Source: Erysipelotrichales bacterium (GTDB lineage Bacteria > Bacillota_I > Bacilli_A > RFN20 > CAG-826). From it: DNA of 64,000 nucleotides. The translations under genes and the position numbers were made by a program. A model generated the notes under the pieces. The model saw only the letters and a list, made by a program, of their open reading frames with translations, had not been told where the DNA came from and made no database searches. Below, piece after piece: positions 39,774-49,607 of this stretch. The stretch is from positions 63,379-127,378 of the forward strand of contig JAFLUZ010000002.1 of the NCBI GenBank assembly GCA_022508535.1, written 5' to 3'. Positions within the stretch are counted from its first letter, which is position 1; each line of letters starts with the position of its first letter.

Positions 39774-40004
39774 TTATTCTACGTAATTAATAACGTATGT
39801 ACCGTGCGCAGTTGCGACATCAGATGTTGATGTTTTATCACCATTAACTGCATCTTTGATGTTGTCCCATTTTTCTTTGGTTTCATCTAAGGTGTTTTTA
39901 AGTCCTTTGTTCCCCAAAGAAACTCCAGCTGCGATAACTCCAATTGATAGAAGTGCACCGAGAATGCCGAGACCTATTTTCGCCCAGATACTCTTTTTTT
40001 TCAT
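39774..40004 (-). CDS. small membrane protein
   Basis: One TM helix IGLGILGALLSIGVIAAGV. Confidence 0.4.
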   Translation of the reverse strand: MKKKSIWAKIGLGILGALLSIGVIAAGVSLGNKGLKNTLDETKEKWDNIKDAVNGDKTSTSDVATAHGTYVINYVE

Positions 40005-40030
40005 TGGTATTGCTCCTTTCTTAATTTTTT

Positions 40031-40327
40031 TTAGAATGGTAAGTCATCAACAGGATTGTTGTTGACTGGTTTATCTTCAGCAACTACGATTGGTTGCTTT
40101 GATAGTTTTTTTTCAGCTTTTTTATCGTGAAAGTATATAATCACTGCAGTTTTCATGACCTCAATAACAACCTGAGGAACACATCGGTTTTCTTTACATT
40201 TCTCTTTGTCATAGCGAAACTTGCAGGTTGGGCAATTACGAAGCTTTTTCAAAGCATTAAAACAATTTGTCATAGTAATATTATCTTCGGTTATTAACTT
40301 TGTTTTTTTTACTTTGCTTGCTTCCAT
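40031..40327 (-). CDS. small Cys-rich (zinc-finger-like) protein
   Basis: Spacing CxxxxxxxxxCxxC...C. Confidence 0.3.
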   Translation of the reverse strand: MEASKVKKTKLITEDNITMTNCFNALKKLRNCPTCKFRYDKEKCKENRCVPQVVIEVMKTAVIIYFHDKKAEKKLSKQPIVVAEDKPVNNNPVDDLPF

Positions 40328-40350
40328 CCTTTCTCACCCTCTTAAAATGT

Positions 40351-40635
40351 CTATTTAACTAATTCTTTGTATTTATTTGTAATCTTTGAATCGATTTTAT
40401 AAGCATATAACACGGCATCTTGAACGATTTTTTCGTAGATTGGAACATTATTTATTAGTTCATGCGTATTGCTAATTATTACATCCAGTACAATTGTTTT
40501 TTTTAATAAAGTTAGTTTGAATGTAACTGTACTTATAACACCATTTCCACAATCGAATATGTGAAGCTTTGTAAATAGATTTTTATTAATCTTCTTAAAA
40601 TCTATTGATTCTAAAAATTCAATGAATTTATCCAT
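40351..40635 (-). CDS. hypothetical protein
   Basis: 94-aa ORF that overlaps the upstream gene by 8 nt. Confidence 0.3.
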   Translation of the reverse strand: MDKFIEFLESIDFKKINKNLFTKLHIFDCGNGVISTVTFKLTLLKKTIVLDVIISNTHELINNVPIYEKIVQDAVLYAYKIDSKITNKYKELVK

Positions 40636-41080
40636 CTTTTAAGTCATCCTCGTATCCTGGTGGAAGTGAACGTTGCATTCTTGCTTCTGCACGCCTATCA
40701 GATTGTTCTTTTGCTTTTTGAGTAGTAGATGCTACCATATACGGAAAATCTGGAAGTATAATTGTTCCGGATGTGTCGTTTGCAAACTCAATTAATCCAA
40801 CTTCCTCAAATTCCTTTATTGTCTTTTCGACAAATTCAGGATCAAGTTTTAATACTTGAGCAAGAAGTTTAGATGAATATGGAGTTTTATAATTAAATCT
40901 TAAATACCCATCTTCTTTTCCTGATTTAACGACTAGATGAAGCATTCGTTCGTATAAATAAATCTTCATGTGCCATTTATCAAGTTCTTCACGTGTGGAT
41001 CCAACTAGCAATGCATTAAGGCGATCATCATCGTAGAAGTTGTTATATTTCTTTAAGTAGAATAATTTTCGTTCACTCAT
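40628..41080 (-). CDS. phage replisome-organizer N-terminal-domain protein (DnaD-like)
   Basis: N-terminus KLFYLKKYNNFYDDDRLNAL...IYLYERMLHLVVKSG..GYL fits the replisome-organizer pattern F..K.y.dFfdD.ki..L... Confidence 0.45.
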   Translation of the reverse strand: MSERKLFYLKKYNNFYDDDRLNALLVGSTREELDKWHMKIYLYERMLHLVVKSGKEDGYLRFNYKTPYSSKLLAQVLKLDPEFVEKTIKEFEEVGLIEFANDTSGTIILPDFPYMVASTTQKAKEQSDRRAEARMQRSLPPGYEDDLKDG

Positions 41081-41085
41081 TGGAA

Positions 41086-41466
41086 TTATCCTCTTTTAAC
41101 TAACTTGTAATCACTTGGTATGTCACCATATCTTAATAAATCAACAATTGTTATTGATGATAAAGCACTTATTCTAATTTTTCCAAGTCGCATAATTAAC
41201 TTGTCGATTGTATTGTCTAAAGTGATTTTATCTAAGTTGCTGAATCTTCTTAAAAGGTTCCGATGATCATTGTTTGCTGTGTCGCCGTTTTTTAGCAAAT
41301 AGATAATTGCCTCTTTTGCAATTTTTTTGATTCTCATTTTTGAAATCGAATTAATAAATATTTCAATTGAGTTGTTTAATTTGCTTTCATCAATGCCATA
41401 TAATTCTTTGGCTCTTTCAAAAAGAAGTTGATGCGCATAAGCTGTTGAATTCTTTTCTTCGTTCAT
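41086..41466 (-). CDS. hypothetical protein; first gene of the leftward early operon, divergent from the repressor
   Basis: RBS aggaggataaa lies upstream of the start. Confidence 0.35.
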   Translation of the reverse strand: MNEEKNSTAYAHQLLFERAKELYGIDESKLNNSIEIFINSISKMRIKKIAKEAIIYLLKNGDTANNDHRNLLRRFSNLDKITLDNTIDKLIMRLGKIRISALSSITIVDLLRYGDIPSDYKLVKRG

Positions 41467-41796
41467 AAATTTATCCTCCTGTCGATAAATCTTCCTGGTA
41501 TATCTTGTTTCCCTTTCGGGTGGTGCTCCTAGCTCCAGGAAAAGACTAGGAGTGCACCAAGGAGGAGTTATCTAACTTTATACCGTTTTTCAGGTACCCA
41601 ATTTTCCTCTTGGGAAACGAACTAACACTTTGAGGGCATTTTGGGTATGATATAAAGTTAGTTCGCTTCACAAGGGGAAAATACTTATTTCAGTTATTTA
41701 TAATGTTGTAAAACTCAACATTACATTATTAAAATACACAATTATTTCAACATTGTAAAGTATAAATATCGAAAAATCCAACAAAATGATATATTC

Positions 41797-42162
41797 ATGT
41801 TGGAGAAGAGTATGAAGAATTTAAAAATTTTGAGGAAAAGTCTAGGACTAACACAACAACAATTAGCAGATAAATTATTTGTAAATAGAAACACATATCA
41901 AAATTATGAGGCTGGCACAACTGAACCAGACTTTGCTACTGTCAAAAAAATTGCAAGTTTTTTTAATGTAACTATTGATTATTTGGTTGGAGCAAATGAA
42001 TCTGATTTAATTTTAATTTCTAAAGATGATTTCCAAAAATTAAAAATTGCAGCTGAAGTAATCGATAGAATATCTAAATCCACTAGTATTAATTTTGGTG
42101 ATATTAATCAAAGTAACGTTGTTATTGGAAACAACAACACTATAAAGAAACCAAAAAAATAA
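41797..42162 (+). CDS. XRE-family HTH repressor (cI-like)
   Basis: HTH LTQQQLADKLFVNRNTYQNYEAG; it sits at the element end and is transcribed divergently from the early genes. Confidence 0.75.
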   Translation: MLEKSMKNLKILRKSLGLTQQQLADKLFVNRNTYQNYEAGTTEPDFATVKKIASFFNVTIDYLVGANESDLILISKDDFQKLKIAAEVIDRISKSTSINFGDINQSNVVIGNNNTIKKPKK

Positions 42163-42184
42163 AAACATAATAGGAGGGCATAGT

Positions 42185-42379
42185 ATGATTTCATTTTTTG
42201 ATTTTTTAGTAAAAGCAGCAGAAGTAACTCCACCTGATAACATAGAACATTCAGGATATCCTGAAGCTCTATGGGGAAAGATTGGAATAGTGGCACTTAT
42301 TGTCGCTATAATAGTAATAATTGTTTTACTATTAATTATTTGGCGCAAGGTAACAGATATTGGAGATAAGATTAAGTAA
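42185..42379 (+). CDS. small single-TM protein (candidate superinfection-exclusion moron)
   Basis: RBS aggaggg; TM helix IGIVALIVAIIVIIVLLLIIW. Confidence 0.4.
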   Translation: MISFFDFLVKAAEVTPPDNIEHSGYPEALWGKIGIVALIVAIIVIIVLLLIIWRKVTDIGDKIK

Positions 42380-42406
42380 TTAACTAGTAGTAATCAAGTA
42401 AAAAAA

Positions 42407-42438
42407 ACGGCCACATGAACTTGGCCGTTTTCTTTTGG
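42407..42438 (+). terminator. rho-independent terminator
   Basis: Stem acggcca/tggccgt with loop catgaact, followed by tttcttttgg. Confidence 0.6.
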
Positions 42439-42466
42439 TCTATTTTTGGATCTAAAAAGTGCTCGG

Positions 42467-42496
42467 GCAAAAATTAGCGTGCACGCTAATTTTTGC
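42467..42496. promoter_or_regulatory. perfect 30-bp palindrome gcaaaaattagcgtg|cacgctaatttttgc
   Basis: The 15-mer and its exact reverse complement are adjacent; it lies in the non-coding right arm of element A. Confidence 0.4.
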
Positions 42497-42755
42497 ATAT
42501 TATTATATCGACTATGTCAAGTGCTTTTTGGGGAAGCGGTGGCGCCGACATGCGCCACACACTTCTCTTAACCCAAAAAGCAATATTTTTTTATGTTATG
42601 AATATAAACATAGACAAATTTTGTCTTACCATCGCATTAATTAAATTAATACTTGAACCAGTACATACATGTACCACCCTGTTCACATCCTTGCTATTTG
42701 AGATATGTATTTCAAAAATTGGAATGCAAAATATTATAGCAAGGAGATGAATAGG

Positions 42756-42830
42756 ATGTCAAAGAACTTCAGAAGAATTACTATACTAGTGATAATTTTT
42801 ACATTACTACTAATAATTTCAATTTCTTAA
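42756..42830 (+). CDS. 24-aa hydrophobic peptide ORF with a strong RBS
   Basis: aaggagatgaatagg then ATG; MSKNFRRITILVIIFTLLLIISIS. Confidence 0.2.
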   Translation: MSKNFRRITILVIIFTLLLIISIS

Positions 42831-43293
42831 TCCACCACGATTAATAATTTAACTCCGTAATTCTTTGAAAACCATTTGACATTCTACCTAATTACTTAAA
42901 TAAAATCAAGTAATTCACATGACACTTTACAAATTCAATATAACAATGTATTTTTTAAATAATTAATTATTTAAAAATTAAACTATATTAAGGAAAATAT
43001 TGTAAATATAGCTATAAATCTAAATATTACTATTAAAAAGGGGTGCAGGGGGAAAGCACACAAAATCACAAATTTAACACAAAATATATAATATTTGTGT
43101 TATAGAATTTATACGCAGAAAAACCCTGAGATTAAGCAGGGGAATTTTAAAATATTGTGATACTAAAATTGATACTCAATAATGTTAAAATTATAAATTT
43201 TTACATTGCTGGTATTTTTATTCAACGTTGAAATTCAAGATCAAATCTATATAATTACTTAATAGATTTGTTCTTATTTACTTTTACTATTTG

Positions 43294-43312
43294 CCCGTAT
43301 AGGTCACCATTT
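43294..43312. repeat. attR: second copy of the 19-bp tRNA-Glu 3'-end repeat
   Basis: gcccgtataggtcaccattt sits in a non-coding AT-rich stretch with no tRNA around it. Confidence 0.7.
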
Positions 43313-43432
43313 AAAAATAAAACATAATGACTTTGTTCATTATGTTTTTTTTTACATTTCATTATATCGCAAAATTTACAAATCCTGTTACGAAGTGAGT
43401 CCCACACTTCAATAGTAATAGGAGGCCTTGAT

Positions 43433-43771
43433 ATGAAAAAATTATTTTACAGCGTTATGATATATCTATCATTACTTGGTTGTTTATGCTCTTGCAAAGA
43501 AGAAACAATTAAAGTTGATTATGAAAACGCGATAGTTTACGAAAAAGCATTAAATGAAGGTGTGGATACTGTTGGTAAATTAGTCAAATTTACCGTTGAT
43601 GAATTAAATCCAAATTCATCATTTGGATACAACATTTATGCTGGTGAACATCTAAACTTTGTATCATCAACAAACCCACATGTTAAAGTCGGAGATGAGA
43701 TGATTGTAGAAATTCTTGATGTCACGACATTTTTGCGTTCATATATTATAAAATATGATAAACTAAGATAA
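43433..43771 (+). CDS. small lipoprotein
   Basis: Signal plus lipobox LSLLGCLCSC. Confidence 0.5.
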   Translation: MKKLFYSVMIYLSLLGCLCSCKEETIKVDYENAIVYEKALNEGVDTVGKLVKFTVDELNPNSSFGYNIYAGEHLNFVSSTNPHVKVGDEMIVEILDVTTFLRSYIIKYDKLR

Positions 43772-43947
43772 CAATTTAAAAGCAATGGATATGGGACATC
43801 CATTGTCTTTTAGCCAATTAGTCGGAAATAATGCAGCATTAACGTTAAAAGAAGTGTTGTTTGTTTCAATAAATTTGGCTATATTTTAATATTGTTACTA
43901 ATTATTTTTTTTGATAAACTTAAAATAACATGAAAGGAGAAATTTTC

Positions 43948-44442
43948 ATGAAAAAAACAAAAATTTTATTATCAATAATTGCTTTAATGGGACTATCTTC
44001 TTGTGATTTATCCACTTATGATATACCAAAACCAAACGATACAAATCTTGAATTCTGGATCACAGAAAAAGTTACATCTGACAAATTAGAATCTTTATCA
44101 ATTGTTCCTGGTGTAATAGGTAATGATGTTTATCTCGGTAGCGACTACTCACTTAACGATGATGGCATTTTACACTCTATGCCTACGTTTTATGTTGCCT
44201 ATCGATTAACTGATGTTCAAGATGAAGAATTCAAAATAGTTACTTATATTGAAATTACTGATCCTGCTGTTACTTTTTATGGTATTTCCATAAACTCGAC
44301 ATCAGAAGAAATTGAAAACGCTATGACAAAACAAAAATTTAAAGTTTCTTATAATAGTCAAGGTTATATTAATGCAAGCAAAAAAAGCGCTAATTTTGCT
44401 TTTTATAATAATTCTATAAGAATTACAACTACTTCATTATAA
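43948..44442 (+). CDS. lipoprotein
   Basis: RBS aaaggag then ATG at 43948 (MKKTKILLSIIALMGLSSCD). The track's start at 43930 is probably a false extension. Confidence 0.5.
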   Translation: MKKTKILLSIIALMGLSSCDLSTYDIPKPNDTNLEFWITEKVTSDKLESLSIVPGVIGNDVYLGSDYSLNDDGILHSMPTFYVAYRLTDVQDEEFKIVTYIEITDPAVTFYGISINSTSEEIENAMTKQKFKVSYNSQGYINASKKSANFAFYNNSIRITTTSL

Positions 44443-44455
44443 TGATTGACATTTT

Positions 44456-44974
44456 ATGTTAAAACTACATTTCATTGATGACCAATATCCACAAGCAGAA
44501 ATTACACATATAAGAAAAATTGCGCGTGCAATTGTTTTAGATGAAAATAATAACATAATTATTTTACAAATCAAACGCAATGATATATTTGGTAATTACT
44601 CTTATTTAGAAACTCCTGGTGGAGGAGTGGAAGAAAACGAAACCATTAGTCACGCTGTAAAAAGAGAACTCGAAGAAGAAATCGGTACAAAAGTTAAAAT
44701 TATTAAAAAAATTGGTATCGTTGGTGACTATTATAACTTGTTAAATAGGCAAAATGAAAATCACTATTTTCTAGTAAAAGTAGTAAGCAAAACAAAAATT
44801 CATCATGAATCATTTGGAGATTCATTTATATCAAATATACTTAATATTCCACTTGATGAAGTTATCAAAATTTATGAAGAAGAAAATAATATTGATATAA
44901 TTAAATTAGTAAAACAAAGAGAACTACCAATATTATTAGAAGCAAAAAGAATCATAACGAACTTGATTAAATAA
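44456..44974 (+). CDS. NUDIX hydrolase
   Basis: Nudix box GGVEENETISHAVKRELEEEIG. Confidence 0.75.
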   Translation: MLKLHFIDDQYPQAEITHIRKIARAIVLDENNNIIILQIKRNDIFGNYSYLETPGGGVEENETISHAVKRELEEEIGTKVKIIKKIGIVGDYYNLLNRQNENHYFLVKVVSKTKIHHESFGDSFISNILNIPLDEVIKIYEEENNIDIIKLVKQRELPILLEAKRIITNLIK

Positions 44975-45005
44975 AAACTCACTTCAATCAGAAGTGAGTT
45001 TTATT
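44973..45005. terminator. bidirectional terminator between the NUDIX gene and eno
   Basis: 9-bp stem actcacttc/gaagtgagt with loop aatca, an A-run on the left and a T-run on the right. Confidence 0.6.
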
Positions 45006-45019
45006 ATTGTCATAATTGA

Positions 45020-46348
<1,329 letters not shown>

Positions 46349-46425
46349 TTATATATTAATTAAAAGTGATTGTTAAGAAAAATATAACTAAAGATATTTT
46401 TAATTTCATCACTGCATATCAAACA

Positions 46426-46457
46426 TAAAAAGAGTGAGTTTTTCACTCACTCTTTTA
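46426..46457 (-). terminator. terminator of the lipoprotein gene at 46479-47204
   Basis: Stem agagtgagt/actcactct with loop ttttc; the minus-strand transcript ends in a T-run. Confidence 0.55.
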
Positions 46458-46478
46458 AACAAACTTATTTGATGTTAA

Positions 46479-47204
46479 TTAGAAATTTGGACTAACGTAG
46501 ATTTGTAACCATCCACCGTTATCGTATAAACGAAGATAAAGTGTAAAGTTACCTGATTGTTTAAATCTAAGAGATGGTGCATCTGCGTTAAGATATTTAA
46601 TCCAATCCTCGTCTGATTCATTAAGACCAGATTGATCAGGTGCTGCTGCTACTTCAAGATAATCGTGTGCATAAAGACCTGCAGCTACATCTGCACATAA
46701 TGTAAACCCATTATCACCTTTACCAGATTTTAATGTTGGATAATATTCTGATTCATAATCAGTATATAAGCTAACTTTTGAATAAAATTTAAATTCAAAT
46801 CCTGCTTCAAAATTAGCAGTAACACTATATTCATTTACCTTAAACATGTCGGAATAGTTCATAGATAAGACATATCCTTTTGTGCTATCTGCACTACTAG
46901 CAAGATATTGGAAATCGCCAGTAGTTGGTAAATCAGGTATGCCACCCACATCTGGTATAGTGCTTGAATCTGGTGCCACACTTGGTTCTGGTGTTACACT
47001 TGGTTCTGGTGTAACGCTTGGTTCTGGTGTAACGCTTGGTTCTGGTGTTACACTTTGCTCTGGTGCTACACTTGGTTCATTCAAGGAAACACCTGGATTA
47101 GTCGATGGTTGTTTTGTTGATTCTTCTGTTGAATCATTGTTTCCACCACAAGCTACTAATAAGCCAGCTAATGCGATGGTAAGTAAAATATTACTTTTTT
47201 TCAT
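46479..47204 (-). CDS. lipoprotein with an (S/E)VTPEP tandem linker
   Basis: MKKSNILLTIALAGLLVACGG lipobox; five to six copies of PSVTPE; C-terminal beta-rich domain. Confidence 0.55.
   Translation of the reverse strand: MKKSNILLTIALAGLLVACGGNNDSTEESTKQPSTNPGVSLNEPSVAPEQSVTPEPSVTPEPSVTPEPSVTPEPSVAPDSSTIPDVGGIPDLPTTGDFQYLASSADSTKGYVLSMNYSDMFKVNEYSVTANFEAGFEFKFYSKVSLYTDYESEYYPTLKSGKGDNGFTLCADVAAGLYAHDYLEVAAAPDQSGLNESDEDWIKYLNADAPSLRFKQSGNFTLYLRLYDNGGWLQIYVSPNF
46960..47077. repeat. 18-bp in-frame tandem repeat (~6.5 copies; cttggttctggtgttaca)
   Basis: It encodes the PEPSVT repeats. Its antisense frame generates the spurious ORF at 46882-47223. Confidence 0.8.
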
Positions 47205-47442
47205 TTTTTTGTCCTCCTATTGAAGATGTTTACTTCAAAAAAATTAAACTCTTCATATTAATAATATAATTACATTGTCTTTAATAATCAACAAATTTTT
47301 GAAAACCCTTTCAATTTACAATATTTTAAATTTATTAATAAAATTTGATTAAAATCATATCTTGGCTACTTTTTACTATAATGAAAGCAAATTAAAACCG
47401 CAATAATCATAAGATGTTCACGGTTTTAAATGTATTATTTAA

Positions 47443-49392
47443 TTATTTAGCAGCAGTAATACTTATTGTATTAGTACTTGCGTTCCATGTAATAGTGTAA
47501 GTTCCAGCATTTTTAAATTTCATATTGTTATTATCACTAGTATCGATTGTAACATATGTTTGACTTGCTGAATCTAATTTTTCGCCACCATACCAATTAT
47601 TACTATCTGAAACAATTTTAAATGGTACACCTGCACTGAATGAACCAGTATAAGCGAAGATATTATTTCCTTGACTTTTCATACCATAATTATCATTTAC
47701 GCCCCAACCAGTCATTTCGCCAATTACAAACCATTTGAAAACTTCAGATTGTTCAAAATTATCTCCAAAGTTTCCCCATTTTCCAGCACCATTTACAGAT
47801 GTTAAGAAGTAGACAGGGTGTTCATAATCATAAGATAAGTCACCAGTTTGGTGCGCGCCTGCATCAGTACTATTCATACCATTACTGAAGATTACTTTAT
47901 TATAAGCGTCTTTTTCTACTTCATATTTGTAACATCCATGTTCTGAATCAAGAGTCATTAATTCGCCTGGCCATGCTGCTTTTGGTTTGTTTGTATCTGA
48001 ATTCCATGTATAAACATAGTAATTATTCCATGAGACACCATCTATTGGTGAAAGGTAGAATGTAAAGACATCTCCGCCTGGGATTGGATCTGGATCTACT
48101 GGATCAAAGGAATCCCCAAAATTACCCCATTTACCACCTTTAAGTGAAGTTAAGAAGAATACTGGATGTTCATAATCAAATTCTAAATCGTCTGTTTGAT
48201 GTGCTCCTGCAACAGTGCTATCTAATCCGTTACTAAAAATAACTTTATTGTATGTACCTTTTTCAATTTCGTACATATAGCAATCATTTTCTGAATCATA
48301 ATTCATCATTTCACCTGGCCATCCCACTTTTGGTGTGTCGGTTTCTGAATTCCATGTATAAACATAGTAATTATCCCATGAAACTCCTTCTATTGGTGAA
48401 AGATAGAACTTGAACATTTCTCCTCCTGGAATTGGATCTACCACTGGGTCAAAGTGATCGCCAATATTTCCCCATTGTCCAGCTTTAAGTGAAGTTAAGA
48501 AGAATACTGGATGTTCATAATCAAATTCTAAATCTTTTGTTTGGTGCGCTCCTTCAACAGTACTATCTAATCCATTACTGAAAATAACTTTGTCGTAAGC
48601 ATCTTTTTCAATCTCATAAGTATAGTATTGTTTTTCTGAATCGTAGTTCATCATTTCACCTGGCCATCCAACTTTTGGTGTGTCAGTTTCTGAGTTCCAT
48701 GTATAAACATAGTAGTTATCCCATGAAATTCCTTCTACTGGTGAAAGATAGAATGTAAATGTGTCTGGAATTATTGGATCAAAATGATCGCCAATATTTC
48801 CCCATTGTCCACCTGTAAGTGAAGTTAAGAAGAATACTGGGTGTTCATAATCAAATGCCAAATCTTTTGTTTGATGGGCACCTGGATCCGTATCATTCAA
48901 ACCATTATTGAAAATAATTTTATCGTAGGCACCTTTTTCAATTTCGTAAGTGTAGTATTGTTTTTCTGAATCGTAGTTCATCATTTCACCTGGCCACGAT
49001 ACTTTTGGTGTGTCAGTTTCTGAATTCCATGTGTAGACATAGTAATTATCCCATGAAATTCCTTCCACTGGTGAAAGATAGAATGTGAATGTGTCTGGAG
49101 TTGGAGTTGGATCAACAACCGAAGTGCTTGGATCTGTTACACTGTTGTTTGGACCAACTGACTCACTTGGTTTTGTTTCACTATCTGAACCAACTGAAGT
49201 ACTTGGTTTATTATCATCTGATCCTGTGGAATTTCCTGTGACTGATTCTGGACCAGTAGAATCGGGTCCTTTAACTGAAACACTTGGTTCACCCGTTGAT
49301 CCAGGAACATCATTAGATTCGCCATTGTTTCCACCACACGCAACTAGTAAACCTGCTAGAGCGATGGCAAGTAAAAACTTACTTTTTTTCAT
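47443..49392 (-). CDS. lipoprotein with four ~111-aa tandem repeats (CBM25/26-like putative glycan-binding modules) and a C-terminal domain
   Basis: MKKSKFLLAIALAGLLVACGG; four copies of FTFYLSPVEGISWDNYYVYTWNSETDTPKV.WPGEMM...VIFSNGL...AHQT.DL.FDYEHPVFFL. The WPG..M and I.FNNG...QT.D pattern resembles starch-binding modules. Confidence 0.5.
   Translation of the reverse strand: MKKSKFLLAIALAGLLVACGGNNGESNDVPGSTGEPSVSVKGPDSTGPESVTGNSTGSDDNKPSTSVGSDSETKPSESVGPNNSVTDPSTSVVDPTPTPDTFTFYLSPVEGISWDNYYVYTWNSETDTPKVSWPGEMMNYDSEKQYYTYEIEKGAYDKIIFNNGLNDTDPGAHQTKDLAFDYEHPVFFLTSLTGGQWGNIGDHFDPIIPDTFTFYLSPVEGISWDNYYVYTWNSETDTPKVGWPGEMMNYDSEKQYYTYEIEKDAYDKVIFSNGLDSTVEGAHQTKDLEFDYEHPVFFLTSLKAGQWGNIGDHFDPVVDPIPGGEMFKFYLSPIEGVSWDNYYVYTWNSETDTPKVGWPGEMMNYDSENDCYMYEIEKGTYNKVIFSNGLDSTVAGAHQTDDLEFDYEHPVFFLTSLKGGKWGNFGDSFDPVDPDPIPGGDVFTFYLSPIDGVSWNNYYVYTWNSDTNKPKAAWPGELMTLDSEHGCYKYEVEKDAYNKVIFSNGMNSTDAGAHQTGDLSYDYEHPVYFLTSVNGAGKWGNFGDNFEQSEVFKWFVIGEMTGWGVNDNYGMKSQGNNIFAYTGSFSAGVPFKIVSDSNNWYGGEKLDSASQTYVTIDTSDNNNMKFKNAGTYTITWNASTNTISITAAK
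47930..49095. repeat. ~330-bp in-frame tandem DNA repeats (four copies)
   Basis: For example, 48631-48715 and 48961-49045 are near-identical. Confidence 0.75.
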
Positions 49393-49607
49393 TTTTGTCC
49401 TCCTTTTAGAAAAGTTTTATTAAAATAAAACTCCTCTTAATACTAATATAGTGATATTTTCGCTCATATTCAACTAAATTTTGTAAACCCTTTCATTTTT
49501 TTGCATTGATAAGTTATAATAGTCATGAATAGCGCTCTAGTTTCATTGAAAAGAGTTTTTTTTAATGCTATACTTTAATTGATTATTTTTAGAGGAGATA
49601 TTAATAA

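Larger units (their letters stand above)
28447..43312. mobile_element. integrated ~14.9-kb element A (plasmavirus-like or unclassified prophage) inserted in tRNA-Glu
   Basis: Tyrosine integrase next to the tRNA, flanking 19-bp direct repeats, XRE repressor, DnaC-like and replisome-organizer genes and a DNA methyltransferase. No capsid, terminase or portal genes are recognisable. Confidence 0.7.

Noticed and set aside
42459-42750. ORFs 42459-42644 and 42493-42750
   Set aside because: They span the terminator and the 30-bp palindrome in an AT-rich non-coding arm. Their codon usage is atypical and they have no RBS, so I treat the region as regulatory DNA.
28549-43312. Tailed-phage (Caudovirales-type) prophage
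   Set aside because: I can recognise no terminase, portal, major capsid, tail or lysin motifs in any frame. The content instead points to a membrane-protein-based or non-capsid element.
46882-47223. Plus-strand ORF rich in GVTLGS repeats
   Set aside because: It is the antisense reading of the 18-bp PEPSVT tandem repeat of the lipoprotein gene at 46479-47204. It has no RBS and lies entirely inside that gene.
46960-49095. Possible CRISPR array suggested by regular tandem repeats
   Set aside because: The repeats are in-frame coding repeats (18 bp and ~330 bp) inside lipoprotein genes. They have no unique spacers, and no cas genes are present in the window.
49085-49423. Plus-strand ORFs 49085-49423 and 49137-49343
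   Set aside because: They are antisense to the low-complexity S/T-rich linker of the lipoprotein gene at 47443-49392, which keeps frames open.
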